Source: a virus. From it: a stretch of DNA of 64,000 bases. The translations under genes and the position numbers were made by a program. Location: the IMG/VR virus record IMGVR_UViG_3300035204_001773, positions 1-64,000 of that record. The stretch is one strand, 5' to 3'. Positions 25,227 through 35,114 of the stretch are shown here, piece by piece (the stretch's first letter is position 1; each line of letters begins with the position of its first letter). The notes under the pieces are model-generated. The model worked only from the letters and a program-made list of their open reading frames with translations, was not told the DNA's origin and did not search any database.

Positions 25227-27668
25227 ATGGACAAGGTAATCAATGTAAAGAAAAGAAACGGACGCCTCCAAAAATTAGATATTAATAAAATTAATTTATG
25301 TGCACAACGTTCATGCGAGGGGTTAGATGATGTTTCTGCCAGCGAGGTAGTTATAGATGCAAATGTCCAACTGTATGAAAAAATTACGACAAGAGAAATC
25401 GATCAAGCCTTAATTTTATCGGCTCGATCTAAGGTGGAAAAAGAACCGAATTATTCATATGTCGCAGCAAAACTACTATTAGGTAATATTCATAAAGAAG
25501 TCTTTGGTTCAAGCGTGGATAAAGAAGCCTTTGAACATCAATACAGACTAGCCTTCATTAGAAATACGAAGCTCTTAGTTAAAGAGGGAATTCTAAGAGA
25601 GGGAATGCTAGAATTTGATTTAAAAAGACTATCAGAATGCTTGGTTTTAGAAAGAGATTTTAAATTTAAATACCTTGGTCTTCAAACGCTTTACGATAGA
25701 TACTTCTTACGAATAAACGGGCGAAGACTAGAGTCTCCTCAATCGTTCTGGATGAGAGTCGCAATGGGACTAGCTCTAAACGAAAAAGACAAGGAAAAAA
25801 AAGCGATAGAATTTTACGAAGCAATTAGCTCCTTTAAACTATGTCCATCGACACCTACTTTATTCAACAGCGGTAGTGTACGTAGCCAGCTTAGCTCTTG
25901 TTACCTTAATACTTTTGATGATTCCATCGACGGAATCTTCGAGGGGGCATGGCAGGAAGCTAGGAAATCAAAGTTCGCGGGAGGATTAGGTTTTGATGTT
26001 TCTAATTTTAGATCAGCTGGTTCATATATCAAAGGAACTAATGGTACCTCCAGCGGGCTTGTTCCTTGGCTTAAGGTGTTTAATGATCTCCTAGTAGCAG
26101 TTAACCAAGGAGGAAAACGTCCCGGAGCGGGTTGCGCTTATCTTGAACCTTGGCATTTAGATATTGATGAATTTCTAGATTTAAAGAAGAACACTGGAGA
26201 CGAACGGAGACGCTGTCATGATATGAATACCGCTAATTGGATTCCTGATTTGTTTTTTAGACGAGTCCAAGAAAACGGCGACTGGTATTTGTTTTCTCCC
26301 TCCGATGTAACACTGCATAACGTATGGGGAGAAGAGTTCGACAAACAATATGCGGCGGCATGCAAAAAAGCAGACAAAGGAGAAATTGAAAACTTTAAAA
26401 TAATTAAAGCCAAAGACCTTTGGAAAAAAATGCTAAGACTACTGTTTGAAACAGGTCACCCGTGGATAACGTTTAAAGATAACGCTAATTTTCGTTACTC
26501 CAACCAGCACAAAGGGGTAATTAATAGCTCTAATTTGTGCACTGAAATCTTTCTGCATACCAAACCTTCAAAGTACTCCCAAGGAGAAAAAACAGAAATT
26601 GGAGAGACGGCCGTATGCAACCTTAGCTCGATTAACTTAAAAGAACATTTAAAAGAAAATGGGGAATTAAATTTTAAATTATTGGCGAAAACTATATCTA
26701 CCCAGATGAGAATGTTAGATAATGTGATCGATTTAAATTTTTACCCCACCAAAGAAGCGGAAAAAGCTAACCTAGCTCATCGTCCTGTAGGCGCAGGAAC
26801 CATGGGGTGGGCCGATGTTTTTCACTCTTATAAAGTGGATTTTTCATCCGACGAAGCGGTAAAGTTTTCAGACGAACTATACGAATTCATTTCCTATCAT
26901 TGCATATTAAACTCTTCAAAACTCTCTAAGGAAAAAGAGTCATATTCATCGTACGAAGGCTCACTGTGGAGTCAGGATGTTTTACCAATAGATACGTATA
27001 AGAACCTTATAAATTACCTAGACGAAAAACCCATAATCCACAGGGGTAAAAAGTTTTGTCCAGAGGTTGATTGGAAAATTCTCCGCACCCACATAAAAGA
27101 GCATGGCATGCGCAACAGCAACACAATGGCGATAGCTCCCACCGCCACTATATCTTATATACAAGGATGTTCTCCGTCAGTAGAGCCCGATTTCTCGACC
27201 CTGTTTGTATACGAGAATAAATCTGGTAATTTATTTATAACTAATGAGTGGTTTGTAAGAGAATGCAAGGAGCAAAACATATGGGGTCAATCCTTTGTGG
27301 ATACCCTAAAATCCGTAGACGGCGACGTGTCCCGACTCAATGGAGAATTACCACAAGAATTAAAAGAAAGGTTTCGCACGGCATTTAATCAAGATCAATT
27401 TAAATTAATAGACAATGCAGCAGCCAAACAAAAATGGATAGACATGGGGCAGTCTTTGAATTTATTCAATAATTCAACGTCACTTAAATACCTAAATGAT
27501 ATATATATGCACGCGAGATCAAGGGGGCTCAAAAGCACGTACTACCTAAGAAATAAAAGCGCTAGTAATATCGAAAAGTCCACATCCCCCGCGAAGGAAA
27601 ATGAATCAGAGCACGACAGTGCACCGGCTTGTTCTATTTTAGATCCAACATGCGAGAGTTGCCAATGA
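25227..27668 (+). CDS. nrdA: Ribonucleotide reductase alpha subunit with ATP cone
   Basis: VKKRNG, STPTLFN, SSCY, NQGGKRPGA, SNLCTEI, APTATIS, KSTYY, C-terminal CESCQ. Confidence 0.97.
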   Translation: MDKVINVKKRNGRLQKLDINKINLCAQRSCEGLDDVSASEVVIDANVQLYEKITTREIDQALILSARSKVEKEPNYSYVAAKLLLGNIHKEVFGSSVDKEAFEHQYRLAFIRNTKLLVKEGILREGMLEFDLKRLSECLVLERDFKFKYLGLQTLYDRYFLRINGRRLESPQSFWMRVAMGLALNEKDKEKKAIEFYEAISSFKLCPSTPTLFNSGSVRSQLSSCYLNTFDDSIDGIFEGAWQEARKSKFAGGLGFDVSNFRSAGSYIKGTNGTSSGLVPWLKVFNDLLVAVNQGGKRPGAGCAYLEPWHLDIDEFLDLKKNTGDERRRCHDMNTANWIPDLFFRRVQENGDWYLFSPSDVTLHNVWGEEFDKQYAAACKKADKGEIENFKIIKAKDLWKKMLRLLFETGHPWITFKDNANFRYSNQHKGVINSSNLCTEIFLHTKPSKYSQGEKTEIGETAVCNLSSINLKEHLKENGELNFKLLAKTISTQMRMLDNVIDLNFYPTKEAEKANLAHRPVGAGTMGWADVFHSYKVDFSSDEAVKFSDELYEFISYHCILNSSKLSKEKESYSSYEGSLWSQDVLPIDTYKNLINYLDEKPIIHRGKKFCPEVDWKILRTHIKEHGMRNSNTMAIAPTATISYIQGCSPSVEPDFSTLFVYENKSGNLFITNEWFVRECKEQNIWGQSFVDTLKSVDGDVSRLNGELPQELKERFRTAFNQDQFKLIDNAAAKQKWIDMGQSLNLFNNSTSLKYLNDIYMHARSRGLKSTYYLRNKSASNIEKSTSPAKENESEHDSAPACSILDPTCESCQ

Positions 27669-27871
27669 AAGACAAAGAATTTGAAGAAGTGATTGAGAAC
27701 CTAGCCGGTAAGGCTAAACTAGCGCAGTATAATGATCTTGCTATAGTATTATATACGTATCTTGGGTCAAAAAAAATGGATATGGGTAGCGACTTTGCAA
27801 GATACTGTCAACTCTTTGCTAAAGAGGGAGTCAAAGAAATACAGCTTTTTGAAAATAGAAAAAATAATTAA
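27665..27871 (+). CDS. Hypothetical protein between nrdA and nrdB
   Basis: ATGA and TAATG coupled. Confidence 0.65.
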   Translation: MKDKEFEEVIENLAGKAKLAQYNDLAIVLYTYLGSKKMDMGSDFARYCQLFAKEGVKEIQLFENRKNN

Positions 27872-28881
27872 TGAGTAAAACGGGATTATTACTAGGAGAA
27901 GAAATAGCTGGGGTAAATCAAATTTTACCTCATAAACATAAATTTGCGTGGGATTTATTCATAAAAGGCACGGCTAATAATTGGTCTCCTGCAGAGGTTA
28001 ACATGAGTGACGACGTTGATCAATGGAAAAATGAAGTATTGACCGATGACGAAAAACTCCTTGTTAAAAGATGTCTTGGTTTTTTTGCTGGAACAGAGTC
28101 CCTAGTTGGAAATAATTTATTACTCACAGTTAACAAATGGGTGACAGATGCAGAGTGTCGTCAATATATATTAAGGCAAGCCTACGAAGAAAGCTTGCAC
28201 AACTGGACCGTAGTCACCTGCTGTGACTCTTTCTCCTTAAAAATTTCCGAAGTTTACGAGGCTTATTTAACCGTTCCATCAATCAAAGATAAAGACGATT
28301 TCTTAATGTCTATCACCACCAATACGAATAGACAAGACTTCTCGACCAAAACCGTAGAAGGAAAGAGGGAATTTCTAAGAAATTTAATTACGTACTATAT
28401 AGTTTGCGAAGGAACCTTCTTCTTTAGCGGGTTCGCTATGCTGCTAGCATTAGGAAGACAAAATAAATTACCGGGACTTTCAGATCAGATTAGGTACACA
28501 TTAAGAGACGAAAGCTTGCATATAGAGTTTGGTACTTATCTCATTAACACCATTAAAGAACAATACCCATCTGTGTGGACAAAAAAATTCGAGGCAGAAA
28601 CGGTTGACCACATTAAAAAAGCGGTAGAACTTGAAGTGCAGTACGCGCACGACGTTCTTCCTCGCGGAATCCTTGGGTTAAATGCTGACATGTTTGTCGA
28701 CTATATGCAATATATCGGTAACAGGCGCTTAGAAGGTATTGGTATAGACTTTCGTTTCGATAGTGATAATAACCCCTTTCCGTGGCTATCTGAGGTCGTA
28801 GACACGGGAGCAATGACCAACTTCTTCGAAAGAAAAGTGAAGGACTACCAAAGCTCTGGCGTTTTAGAAGAAGATTTTTAA
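27871..28881 (+). CDS. nrdB: Ribonucleotide reductase beta subunit, class Ic-type (no radical Tyr)
   Basis: FFAGTESLVGNN, EESLHNWTV, EGTFFFSGF, RDESLH, NFFERKVKDY. Confidence 0.93.
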   Translation: MSKTGLLLGEEIAGVNQILPHKHKFAWDLFIKGTANNWSPAEVNMSDDVDQWKNEVLTDDEKLLVKRCLGFFAGTESLVGNNLLLTVNKWVTDAECRQYILRQAYEESLHNWTVVTCCDSFSLKISEVYEAYLTVPSIKDKDDFLMSITTNTNRQDFSTKTVEGKREFLRNLITYYIVCEGTFFFSGFAMLLALGRQNKLPGLSDQIRYTLRDESLHIEFGTYLINTIKEQYPSVWTKKFEAETVDHIKKAVELEVQYAHDVLPRGILGLNADMFVDYMQYIGNRRLEGIGIDFRFDSDNNPFPWLSEVVDTGAMTNFFERKVKDYQSSGVLEEDF

Positions 28882-28886
28882 AGCTA

Positions 28887-29411
28887 ATGGCTCATTCACA
28901 ACAGATAGATTTTTGCCAGAAAGTACGGTTAAACTTTCCCTCTCATTTTAAAGATGTTAGAGTTCTAGACGCTGGTTCTCAAGATATAAATGGCAACAAT
29001 AGATACCTTTTTGAGAACTGTAACTACTTAGGGATAGATTTGGGCGAAGGCCCCAATGTCGATTTAGTTTGCGCAATGCACGAGCATGAACCCGAGGAAA
29101 AATACGATACGATAATCTCAACGGAAGCATTTGAGCACGATAAGAATTTCAAAGAAAGCGTGAGACATATTGTATATAGCCTACTAAAATCTGGAGGGTT
29201 ATTTCTTATGACTTGCGCTGCTCACGGTAGACCAGAACACGGCACTCACAATCACTCTTTTGTAGACTCACCATTCACGTTAGACTTCTATAAGAATAGA
29301 GGGCCGAAAGATTTCGCAGAAGCTCTAGATCTTGAAGAGGTCTTTTACAAATACGGCTTTGAATATAATGGGGATAGTCATGATTTATATTTCTGGGGAC
29401 TAAAGCACTAA
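28887..29411 (+). CDS. SAM methyltransferase
   Basis: VLDAGSQDING, GPNVD, ISTEAFEHD. Confidence 0.85.
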   Translation: MAHSQQIDFCQKVRLNFPSHFKDVRVLDAGSQDINGNNRYLFENCNYLGIDLGEGPNVDLVCAMHEHEPEEKYDTIISTEAFEHDKNFKESVRHIVYSLLKSGGLFLMTCAAHGRPEHGTHNHSFVDSPFTLDFYKNRGPKDFAEALDLEEVFYKYGFEYNGDSHDLYFWGLKH

Positions 29412-29902
29412 TCAACGTTCAGCACTCTACCCACAATTTCATCATAAAAATAGAGGCCATGCACAGAGTCTTCTCTATTGTCTCCGATTATATAATACAT
29501 ATCATAAGGTATTTCTTGCGGGTACATGTCAAAGGTCTCATGATCAAACCATCCATACCCACATAAATCGTCAACCAAACCCTCTCCGTCAATAAGAAGA
29601 AAGCCGTCTACAACGCTAATCGTTTCCCCCGGTAAACCAATTATCCTTTTAGTTAAGAAGTCCCTTTCGATAGAGTCGTAAGCGACTACTACATCATACC
29701 TTTGCGGTTGAAAATCTGAATCGTAAAAATCAATCCCAATAAGTAATAATTTATTACCCATAGTTGGAGACATACTTTCTCCACGGCTATATATTAATTT
29801 AAAATTATCATGAAAGTAATAACCAAACAACGCTATTACAATCAAGATTCTAAAGAGGGTCCACTTAAGGCTGCTTCCTATTAATATCTTTTTAAAATTC
29901 AT
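29408..29902 (-). CDS. Signal peptidase I (S26)
   Basis: TM, GESMSPT (Ser), KRIIGLPGE (Lys), GDNREDS. Confidence 0.9.
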   Translation of the reverse strand: MNFKKILIGSSLKWTLFRILIVIALFGYYFHDNFKLIYSRGESMSPTMGNKLLLIGIDFYDSDFQPQRYDVVVAYDSIERDFLTKRIIGLPGETISVVDGFLLIDGEGLVDDLCGYGWFDHETFDMYPQEIPYDMYYIIGDNREDSVHGLYFYDEIVGRVLNVD

Positions 29903-30695
29903 ATAATAACGGTTTCATTTTTTTGCAGAGCTCCGCGTAGCTCTTTTTCTTTTTTAAATGATCTATCCCATTAACGAGCTCTATTATATCACCGAAGTGC
30001 ACAAACTCTGAGTATAAATCGTCTAATTTTTTATCATAAGAAAAGGGAGATATTACCCCACACCCCGCGCTTAGAGCTTTATTAATCCTATGAGTAGCTA
30101 GGGGTGCCTCATTATAATAAGGTATGTTTAAAACCCACTTGGTCCTACGTAATATTTTAGAAATTTTTTCAGGCTCAACTAGGTTATAAGCTAGGTCAAA
30201 GTGGCAATTTAAATTAGGATACTCATCTCTTATTCTTTTTAAAATATTTAATCTATTTTCATTACTTGCTCCGGCGAAAAATACATCTATATCTCTACCC
30301 ATACTAACGCTTTTATTTTGTAAAAATTCAAAGGCGAATAACCCCTTCGCACAAACCTCATATCTTTCTTCCAACTTCTCCATATTCGAATAAGACCAAT
30401 CTAACACGGTATTTTCTTTCAGTAATGATACGTAACCACTCTCAGGACAGAACGCGCTGGATTCAATGTTCTCTGATTGGAATATTATATAATTTAAATT
30501 TAATTTCTCTTGATAATAACTGAGTAAGTCTGCCTGTTCATGAGAACCGAAAAAAAACACGACCTCCCCCTCCTCGAAGTCTTCTAGTAGGCATCGCGGC
30601 CATGTTGGGAAACCTAGATGCGCTTTCGTCCCTATTTTTTTTGCTAAAATTTCTGCATTTTCCCAAAAAATTTCCTTCACCGCGATGATCTGCAT
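29892..30695 (-). CDS. Glycosyltransferase-like protein
   Basis: DIDVFFAG...R, VLNIPYY...RINKAL. Confidence 0.65.
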   Translation of the reverse strand: MQIIAVKEIFWENAEILAKKIGTKAHLGFPTWPRCLLEDFEEGEVVFFFGSHEQADLLSYYQEKLNLNYIIFQSENIESSAFCPESGYVSLLKENTVLDWSYSNMEKLEERYEVCAKGLFAFEFLQNKSVSMGRDIDVFFAGASNENRLNILKRIRDEYPNLNCHFDLAYNLVEPEKISKILRRTKWVLNIPYYNEAPLATHRINKALSAGCGVISPFSYDKKLDDLYSEFVHFGDIIELVNGIDHLKKKKSYAELCKKMKPLLYEF

Positions 30696-30823
30696 GTGTT
30701 ATTATACCGAAAGATAAGTTTAATAATTAAACTAAAAAAAGAAAAAAAAAGATATCAAAAAATATACGAGTGTAATATAATATGGACGACTCCTAGCTCC
30801 AGTTTGAGTAGGGGTCTTTTATT

Positions 30824-30994
30824 ATGAAAGCATTACTATTAAAGCATCTAAAGAGTTACGATTCTTGGACCGCATTAACCCTTTTGGGATTTGGTTTACT
30901 TTTGCAATCAGCAATTGTTTGCCCCTTGGTCGCAGTAACTTGGTTAGCATGGGGTATCGGGGGTATTCGCCTTCTGAGATCTCACAATAGCTAA
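30824..30994 (+). CDS. 56-aa two-TM membrane peptide
   Basis: Hand translation MKALLLKHLKSYDSWTALTLLGFGLLLQSAIVCPLVAVTWLAWGIGGIRLLRSHNS. Confidence 0.65.
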   Translation: MKALLLKHLKSYDSWTALTLLGFGLLLQSAIVCPLVAVTWLAWGIGGIRLLRSHNS

Positions 30995-31013
30995 AAAATA
31001 GCTTATATTAACA

Positions 31014-31058
31014 AAAAAACAACCCTTTCTTCCCTAATTGGAGGAGGGGTTTTCTTTG
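31014..31058. terminator. Probable terminator
   Basis: AACCCTTTCTTCC...GGAGGAGGGGTT flanked by A- and T-runs. Confidence 0.65.
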
Positions 31059-31077
31059 TTTGCGTGTAAATAAAGAC

Positions 31078-31407
31078 GTGAACGCTAAAGGGTACAAGTA
31101 CGAATTTATAGGTAAATTAATTGATAAAATTATAAGCCTTAAAAAACTCGCCAAAGAGAATAATCAAATTCTTTTAGTGTCCGAAACCGTATCTGAAGAT
31201 TTATTTATCATTACAAACCAAGATAATGTGGGCATCATAGGGGTAAATAAATCTGGATCAATAGATACCTATAAAGTAAATGTTAAAAAATGGATATGGG
31301 CAGAGCAAGAAGGCTTTCACCCCTCAGAAATACTATCCAAACTGTTAGCTGATATTCTTGAACCCTGCCTTATGGAAGAATTCGAAAGGCATATAATTAT
31401 TTCTTAA
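31078..31407 (+). CDS. Hypothetical protein (GTG start reassigned)
   Basis: GTGTAA 8 nt upstream. Confidence 0.6.
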   Translation: MNAKGYKYEFIGKLIDKIISLKKLAKENNQILLVSETVSEDLFIITNQDNVGIIGVNKSGSIDTYKVNVKKWIWAEQEGFHPSEILSKLLADILEPCLMEEFERHIIIS

Positions 31408-31437
31408 AAAATGACGGACCTTGGTGTAAATAATAGC

Positions 31438-31722
31438 ATGGACTACCAAATTCTTGTTAACATAGCAGTAGGCGTGGTTACATTAATGGGCGGATGGGTT
31501 TTTAAGATGCTCTTAGGTCACATTAACGAAATCAAAGAAGAACATAATGACTTAATGGTCAAGCACCACGCGGATGTTGAAAAAATATCCTCCAAATATA
31601 CCGACCTTGCCCTGTCTCTCCCCGAAAAATACGTTAGTAAAGACGACTTTAAAATGTTTTCAGAACGAATGAATGACAGATTTGATCGTCTAGAAGAGAA
31701 GATAGACCGTTTAAAAAAATAA
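31438..31722 (+). CDS. TM plus coiled-coil protein (holin-adjacent type)
   Basis: N-terminal TM, LPEKYVSKDDF...RFDRLEEKID; start reassigned. Confidence 0.65.
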   Translation: MDYQILVNIAVGVVTLMGGWVFKMLLGHINEIKEEHNDLMVKHHADVEKISSKYTDLALSLPEKYVSKDDFKMFSERMNDRFDRLEEKIDRLKK

Positions 31723-31728
31723 CTCATT

Positions 31729-32511
31729 ATGAAACTTAACCTTCCCAATGTTACATTGGTTGGGGTTGAAGGGGTAGAAAGTAAATTAGACAAATATTTG
31801 TTTGCAGCGGAACAATGCTGCAAGAATATAGACTTTAAAGAAGTAAAGCTTTTATCCCACTTAGACCTCAATCACTCATCTCAGATAAAAATCAAAGAAC
31901 TAACAAACGTTTCTCAATATTCTTTATTCATGTTTGAAGAGCTTTATAAATATATAGATACAGACTTCATGATGATTTTTCAAAGCGATGGATTTATTTT
32001 GAATCATGAAGCGTGGGACGACACATTCTTAGAATACGATTACGTAGGGGCTCCTTGGTTCGATGGGGTAGTCGGCAATGGCGGGTTCTCTTTGCGTTCT
32101 ACGAAGCTCATGGACCTCGCTTCTAAAATAGATTTTCCATCAGCCCAAGAATTCCTCACGACACATGCCGGGGGGATTTTTGAGGAAGCTGGAACATTAT
32201 CACAAAACGGATCTTTCACCCCAAGGGAAGATGCTACGCCTCCAGAATTAGTAGCGGAAGATCATTTAATTTGTAGAACTTATGCGGAGTATTTAAAAGA
32301 AAGGGGTATGAAATTTGCGCCTGAAAAATTAGCAATGAAGTTTTCTCTAGAGCACAACTGGGGTCACCCATATATATGGGAAGGGCAATTTGGTTTTCAT
32401 AACGATAAGATAACAGACATCTCTAATTGGGAAGAATATAAAAGGTTTAAAGAAATCGGGGACAATACAACGAACGAGCACCAGAAGCCTTCTTCTTTTA
32501 TTCTGCCTTAA
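31729..32511 (+). CDS. DUF5672-like (GT-related) protein
   Basis: FQSDGF, W...FLEYDYVGAPW, VGNGGFSLRS, AED, FS.E, FGFH. Confidence 0.8.
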   Translation: MKLNLPNVTLVGVEGVESKLDKYLFAAEQCCKNIDFKEVKLLSHLDLNHSSQIKIKELTNVSQYSLFMFEELYKYIDTDFMMIFQSDGFILNHEAWDDTFLEYDYVGAPWFDGVVGNGGFSLRSTKLMDLASKIDFPSAQEFLTTHAGGIFEEAGTLSQNGSFTPREDATPPELVAEDHLICRTYAEYLKERGMKFAPEKLAMKFSLEHNWGHPYIWEGQFGFHNDKITDISNWEEYKRFKEIGDNTTNEHQKPSSFILP

Positions 32512-33037
32512 ACAGGTAGATTGGCCCTATATTAGTAGTCTTACCGTACCATTTTTTTATAGTTTCTACATCATAATAAGGAAAGCATATCCAATGGAAC
32601 TCTCCCTCTAATGCTTTGCCTCTCACCAAAATTATAGCTATATCCCCTTCTTTTAATTCATTAATATCTTTTAAAGATACCGGAACAAACCCATAGTCTT
32701 TTGCCATGCTTCTAATTTCAGATGGCCAAGTTATACATACAGCATTCCTGTTTAGTATAGATAACCCAGTTCTGCTGCTGTTACCTTTCTTTTGTATAGC
32801 TCGACTTATCTCTTCGGAAGAAATTCCTCTTACAAAAGCTATTCCATTTTCTCTATAAAATATTTCGAAAGCCCTCTTAAGAGACTTGGGGCCACAACCA
32901 TCAAAATGCTTAATATAAAAACCATCTACTGTTTTGGCTGGGGGATTCAGTATACCACAACTAGAAAACAGAGACAAAGGAAGCAACGCAAAGGAGATAG
33001 AGAAAACTTTAGAAATGTTTTTTACACACTTCATCAT
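32498..33037 (-). CDS. Lipoprotein, possibly papain/C39-like fold
   Basis: Lipobox FSSC; GCGP and HWI motifs. Confidence 0.55.
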   Translation of the reverse strand: MMKCVKNISKVFSISFALLPLSLFSSCGILNPPAKTVDGFYIKHFDGCGPKSLKRAFEIFYRENGIAFVRGISSEEISRAIQKKGNSSRTGLSILNRNAVCITWPSEIRSMAKDYGFVPVSLKDINELKEGDIAIILVRGKALEGEFHWICFPYYDVETIKKWYGKTTNIGPIYLFKAE

Positions 33038-33291
33038 AGCAACAAAAGCCTAGCGATTAAAAAAGCTAAAAGGACCCCTATCGCGCTGGATAAGCATATC
33101 GCTAAATAGAACCTAACACTATGCGGCGAAGATTTTTCTTTAAGGCGCTTATTGGGTATTTTCATATCCGCTTTTTTCTTTGGGTCTCTGTCTTTAATTA
33201 TCCAGACTACGTCATCTTCGTCTTGATACCACCATGTTGTACGAGTCCCTTTCCACCAGTATGCATTTTTATCTAGTTTAGTTAGCTTCAT
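33034..33291 (-). CDS. Small membrane protein
   Basis: C-terminal TM; start at MKLTK. Confidence 0.55.
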   Translation of the reverse strand: MKLTKLDKNAYWWKGTRTTWWYQDEDDVVWIIKDRDPKKKADMKIPNKRLKEKSSPHSVRFYLAICLSSAIGVLLAFLIARLLLL

Positions 33292-33724
33292 ATATAGCCC
33301 ATTTTCTTGGGTCCACTGGGGTGGGAGGGATCCATTTCTGGAGCTTCTCAAGCAAATCTTTTATAGCCTTGTCTTGTAGATAGATAATTTCCTTAGCTCT
33401 ATCTAACACCTTGCGCTGTTCAATAATCATCTGTCCCTGAGAACTTATGATTTCTTCTCGTTGCCTTAGAGCCTCTCCTTGTAAAGTTATTATTTCTGTT
33501 GCCACTTTTAAGTCTTGTTCTAAAAGAGCTTTTTCTTTGCTCCATTGTTTTAAATCTGCATTATGCTGGCTAGCTTGATAAGCTAAAACAGACAAGAAAA
33601 GTAGAAAAGAAATTAGGAATATATATATACATTTCTCATGTTTTATAACGATAAGGCCGAGATTATCACGAATTTTTCCACAACCTGTTTTTATTTTGCT
33701 CCACACATTATACTTCATGAACAC
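33278..33724 (-). CDS. TM plus coiled-coil protein (spanin-like topology)
   Basis: Single TM followed by a long heptad region. Confidence 0.55.
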   Translation of the reverse strand: MFMKYNVWSKIKTGCGKIRDNLGLIVIKHEKCIYIFLISFLLFLSVLAYQASQHNADLKQWSKEKALLEQDLKVATEIITLQGEALRQREEIISSQGQMIIEQRKVLDRAKEIIYLQDKAIKDLLEKLQKWIPPTPVDPRKWAIYEAN

Positions 33725-33969
33725 CTTTCTAAAGTAGCCATGCCGATGAAGAATACAAGTATCAAACCGAATGAGATACTTAAGTATACTATCTTAAATA
33801 TTCTTTCAAACTTCCTCGCCTCGACCAACTTCGATATTCCCGACTTTTTACTCATCGTTTTAAACGCTTCGTCTACCTGACCCCTTGTCGGGAGATGTAA
33901 GTCAGGCGGCGTTGGGTTAGGGCTCCCACTTGAGGGTTTCAGCTTCACCTTTGGTTTTTTGTGCCTCAT
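33715..33969 (-). CDS. Small membrane protein
   Basis: C-terminal TM. Confidence 0.55.
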   Translation of the reverse strand: MRHKKPKVKLKPSSGSPNPTPPDLHLPTRGQVDEAFKTMSKKSGISKLVEARKFERIFKIVYLSISFGLILVFFIGMATLERCS

Positions 33970-34139
33970 GATCTTCAACCTTCAATTTACAGAGGTGCAA
34001 TACGCATACAACAATAGAAATAATTACTAAAACGAATATATCATTATCTGAATTATGGCTTTTGTTCACTCCTTTATCACAACCCTTTCACTAATTATTA
34101 CACTTTTCTAAATATTTTTTCCGTTTTACTGTCTGATTA

Positions 34140-35114
34140 ATGATGACTAATGCGGATGAAATTGTTGATTTTTACAAAAATAACGAAGAATTACTAAATA
34201 CCCAAAAGGAAAAGGTGCCAGATGGAGTTGCCCTCTTCGTCCCTGATAATTGTGCTTTTATAAACTCGAACACGGGCCTAGGAGATATCCTATCTGTTTT
34301 TCACTTACCTAAATTTTTCAAAGAACACGGTTTCAACTCCTGTATACATAGCCCCAACACGGAATACTTCGATCTGCTTAGTAAGTATAATAAAGATGTA
34401 GAACTTCTTGATGAGGACTTAGCATGCATTAGGGTTGAAAATTTTCAATCTTTTTTCAACTTCGGCAGTGGTCATTTCTTTCAAAGGATACAAAAGGCTT
34501 GCGGATTTGAAATAGATATTAAACCTAAGCCAGATCTCTCGTTTGATACTGGACCTAGAGACGAGGGGCGCAAGCTTAAAGTAGCTATCAACTTCGAACC
34601 CGGAGCCTGCGTTGCTGAGCAAAAAGCGAAAATACATCCAAGGGCTAGGGAATTATATCCAGAACACAAAGACACAATTCAAAAATTCATTAACGATAAA
34701 ACGAACGAGTACGAATTTGTTGAGATAGGAAGAGTTTCATGTGAGTTCGAAAATGTTGAAAGTAAATGCGGCTTACCCATAGATAAATCTTTAGAAGAAA
34801 TGGCGTCTTGCGATTACTTCTTGGGAATGCATAGCGGCGTAATGCATCTCGCCGCAGCTTTAAATGTAAAATCTATAATTATATTAAATTTCCCCCCTGC
34901 TAACCAGATATACCTTCCCTGCTTAAGAGATTATAATTTACCGGATATTGATTGGTTGTACCCACAAAACGTTCATCTCCATGAAGATGACGAGGGAGAA
35001 CTCGTCAAACAATTATCTTACGACAACTTAGAAAGAGCTTTTCAGGGGGAGATATACCCACATTGGTCTGAAAAATATTTAGAATTAGTTAACGATAAAC
35101 AATTTGCCATATGA
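34140..35114 (+). CDS. GT9-like glycosyltransferase
   Basis: GLGD, FLGMHSGVMHLAAAL. Confidence 0.75.
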   Translation: MMTNADEIVDFYKNNEELLNTQKEKVPDGVALFVPDNCAFINSNTGLGDILSVFHLPKFFKEHGFNSCIHSPNTEYFDLLSKYNKDVELLDEDLACIRVENFQSFFNFGSGHFFQRIQKACGFEIDIKPKPDLSFDTGPRDEGRKLKVAINFEPGACVAEQKAKIHPRARELYPEHKDTIQKFINDKTNEYEFVEIGRVSCEFENVESKCGLPIDKSLEEMASCDYFLGMHSGVMHLAAALNVKSIIILNFPPANQIYLPCLRDYNLPDIDWLYPQNVHLHEDDEGELVKQLSYDNLERAFQGEIYPHWSEKYLELVNDKQFAI

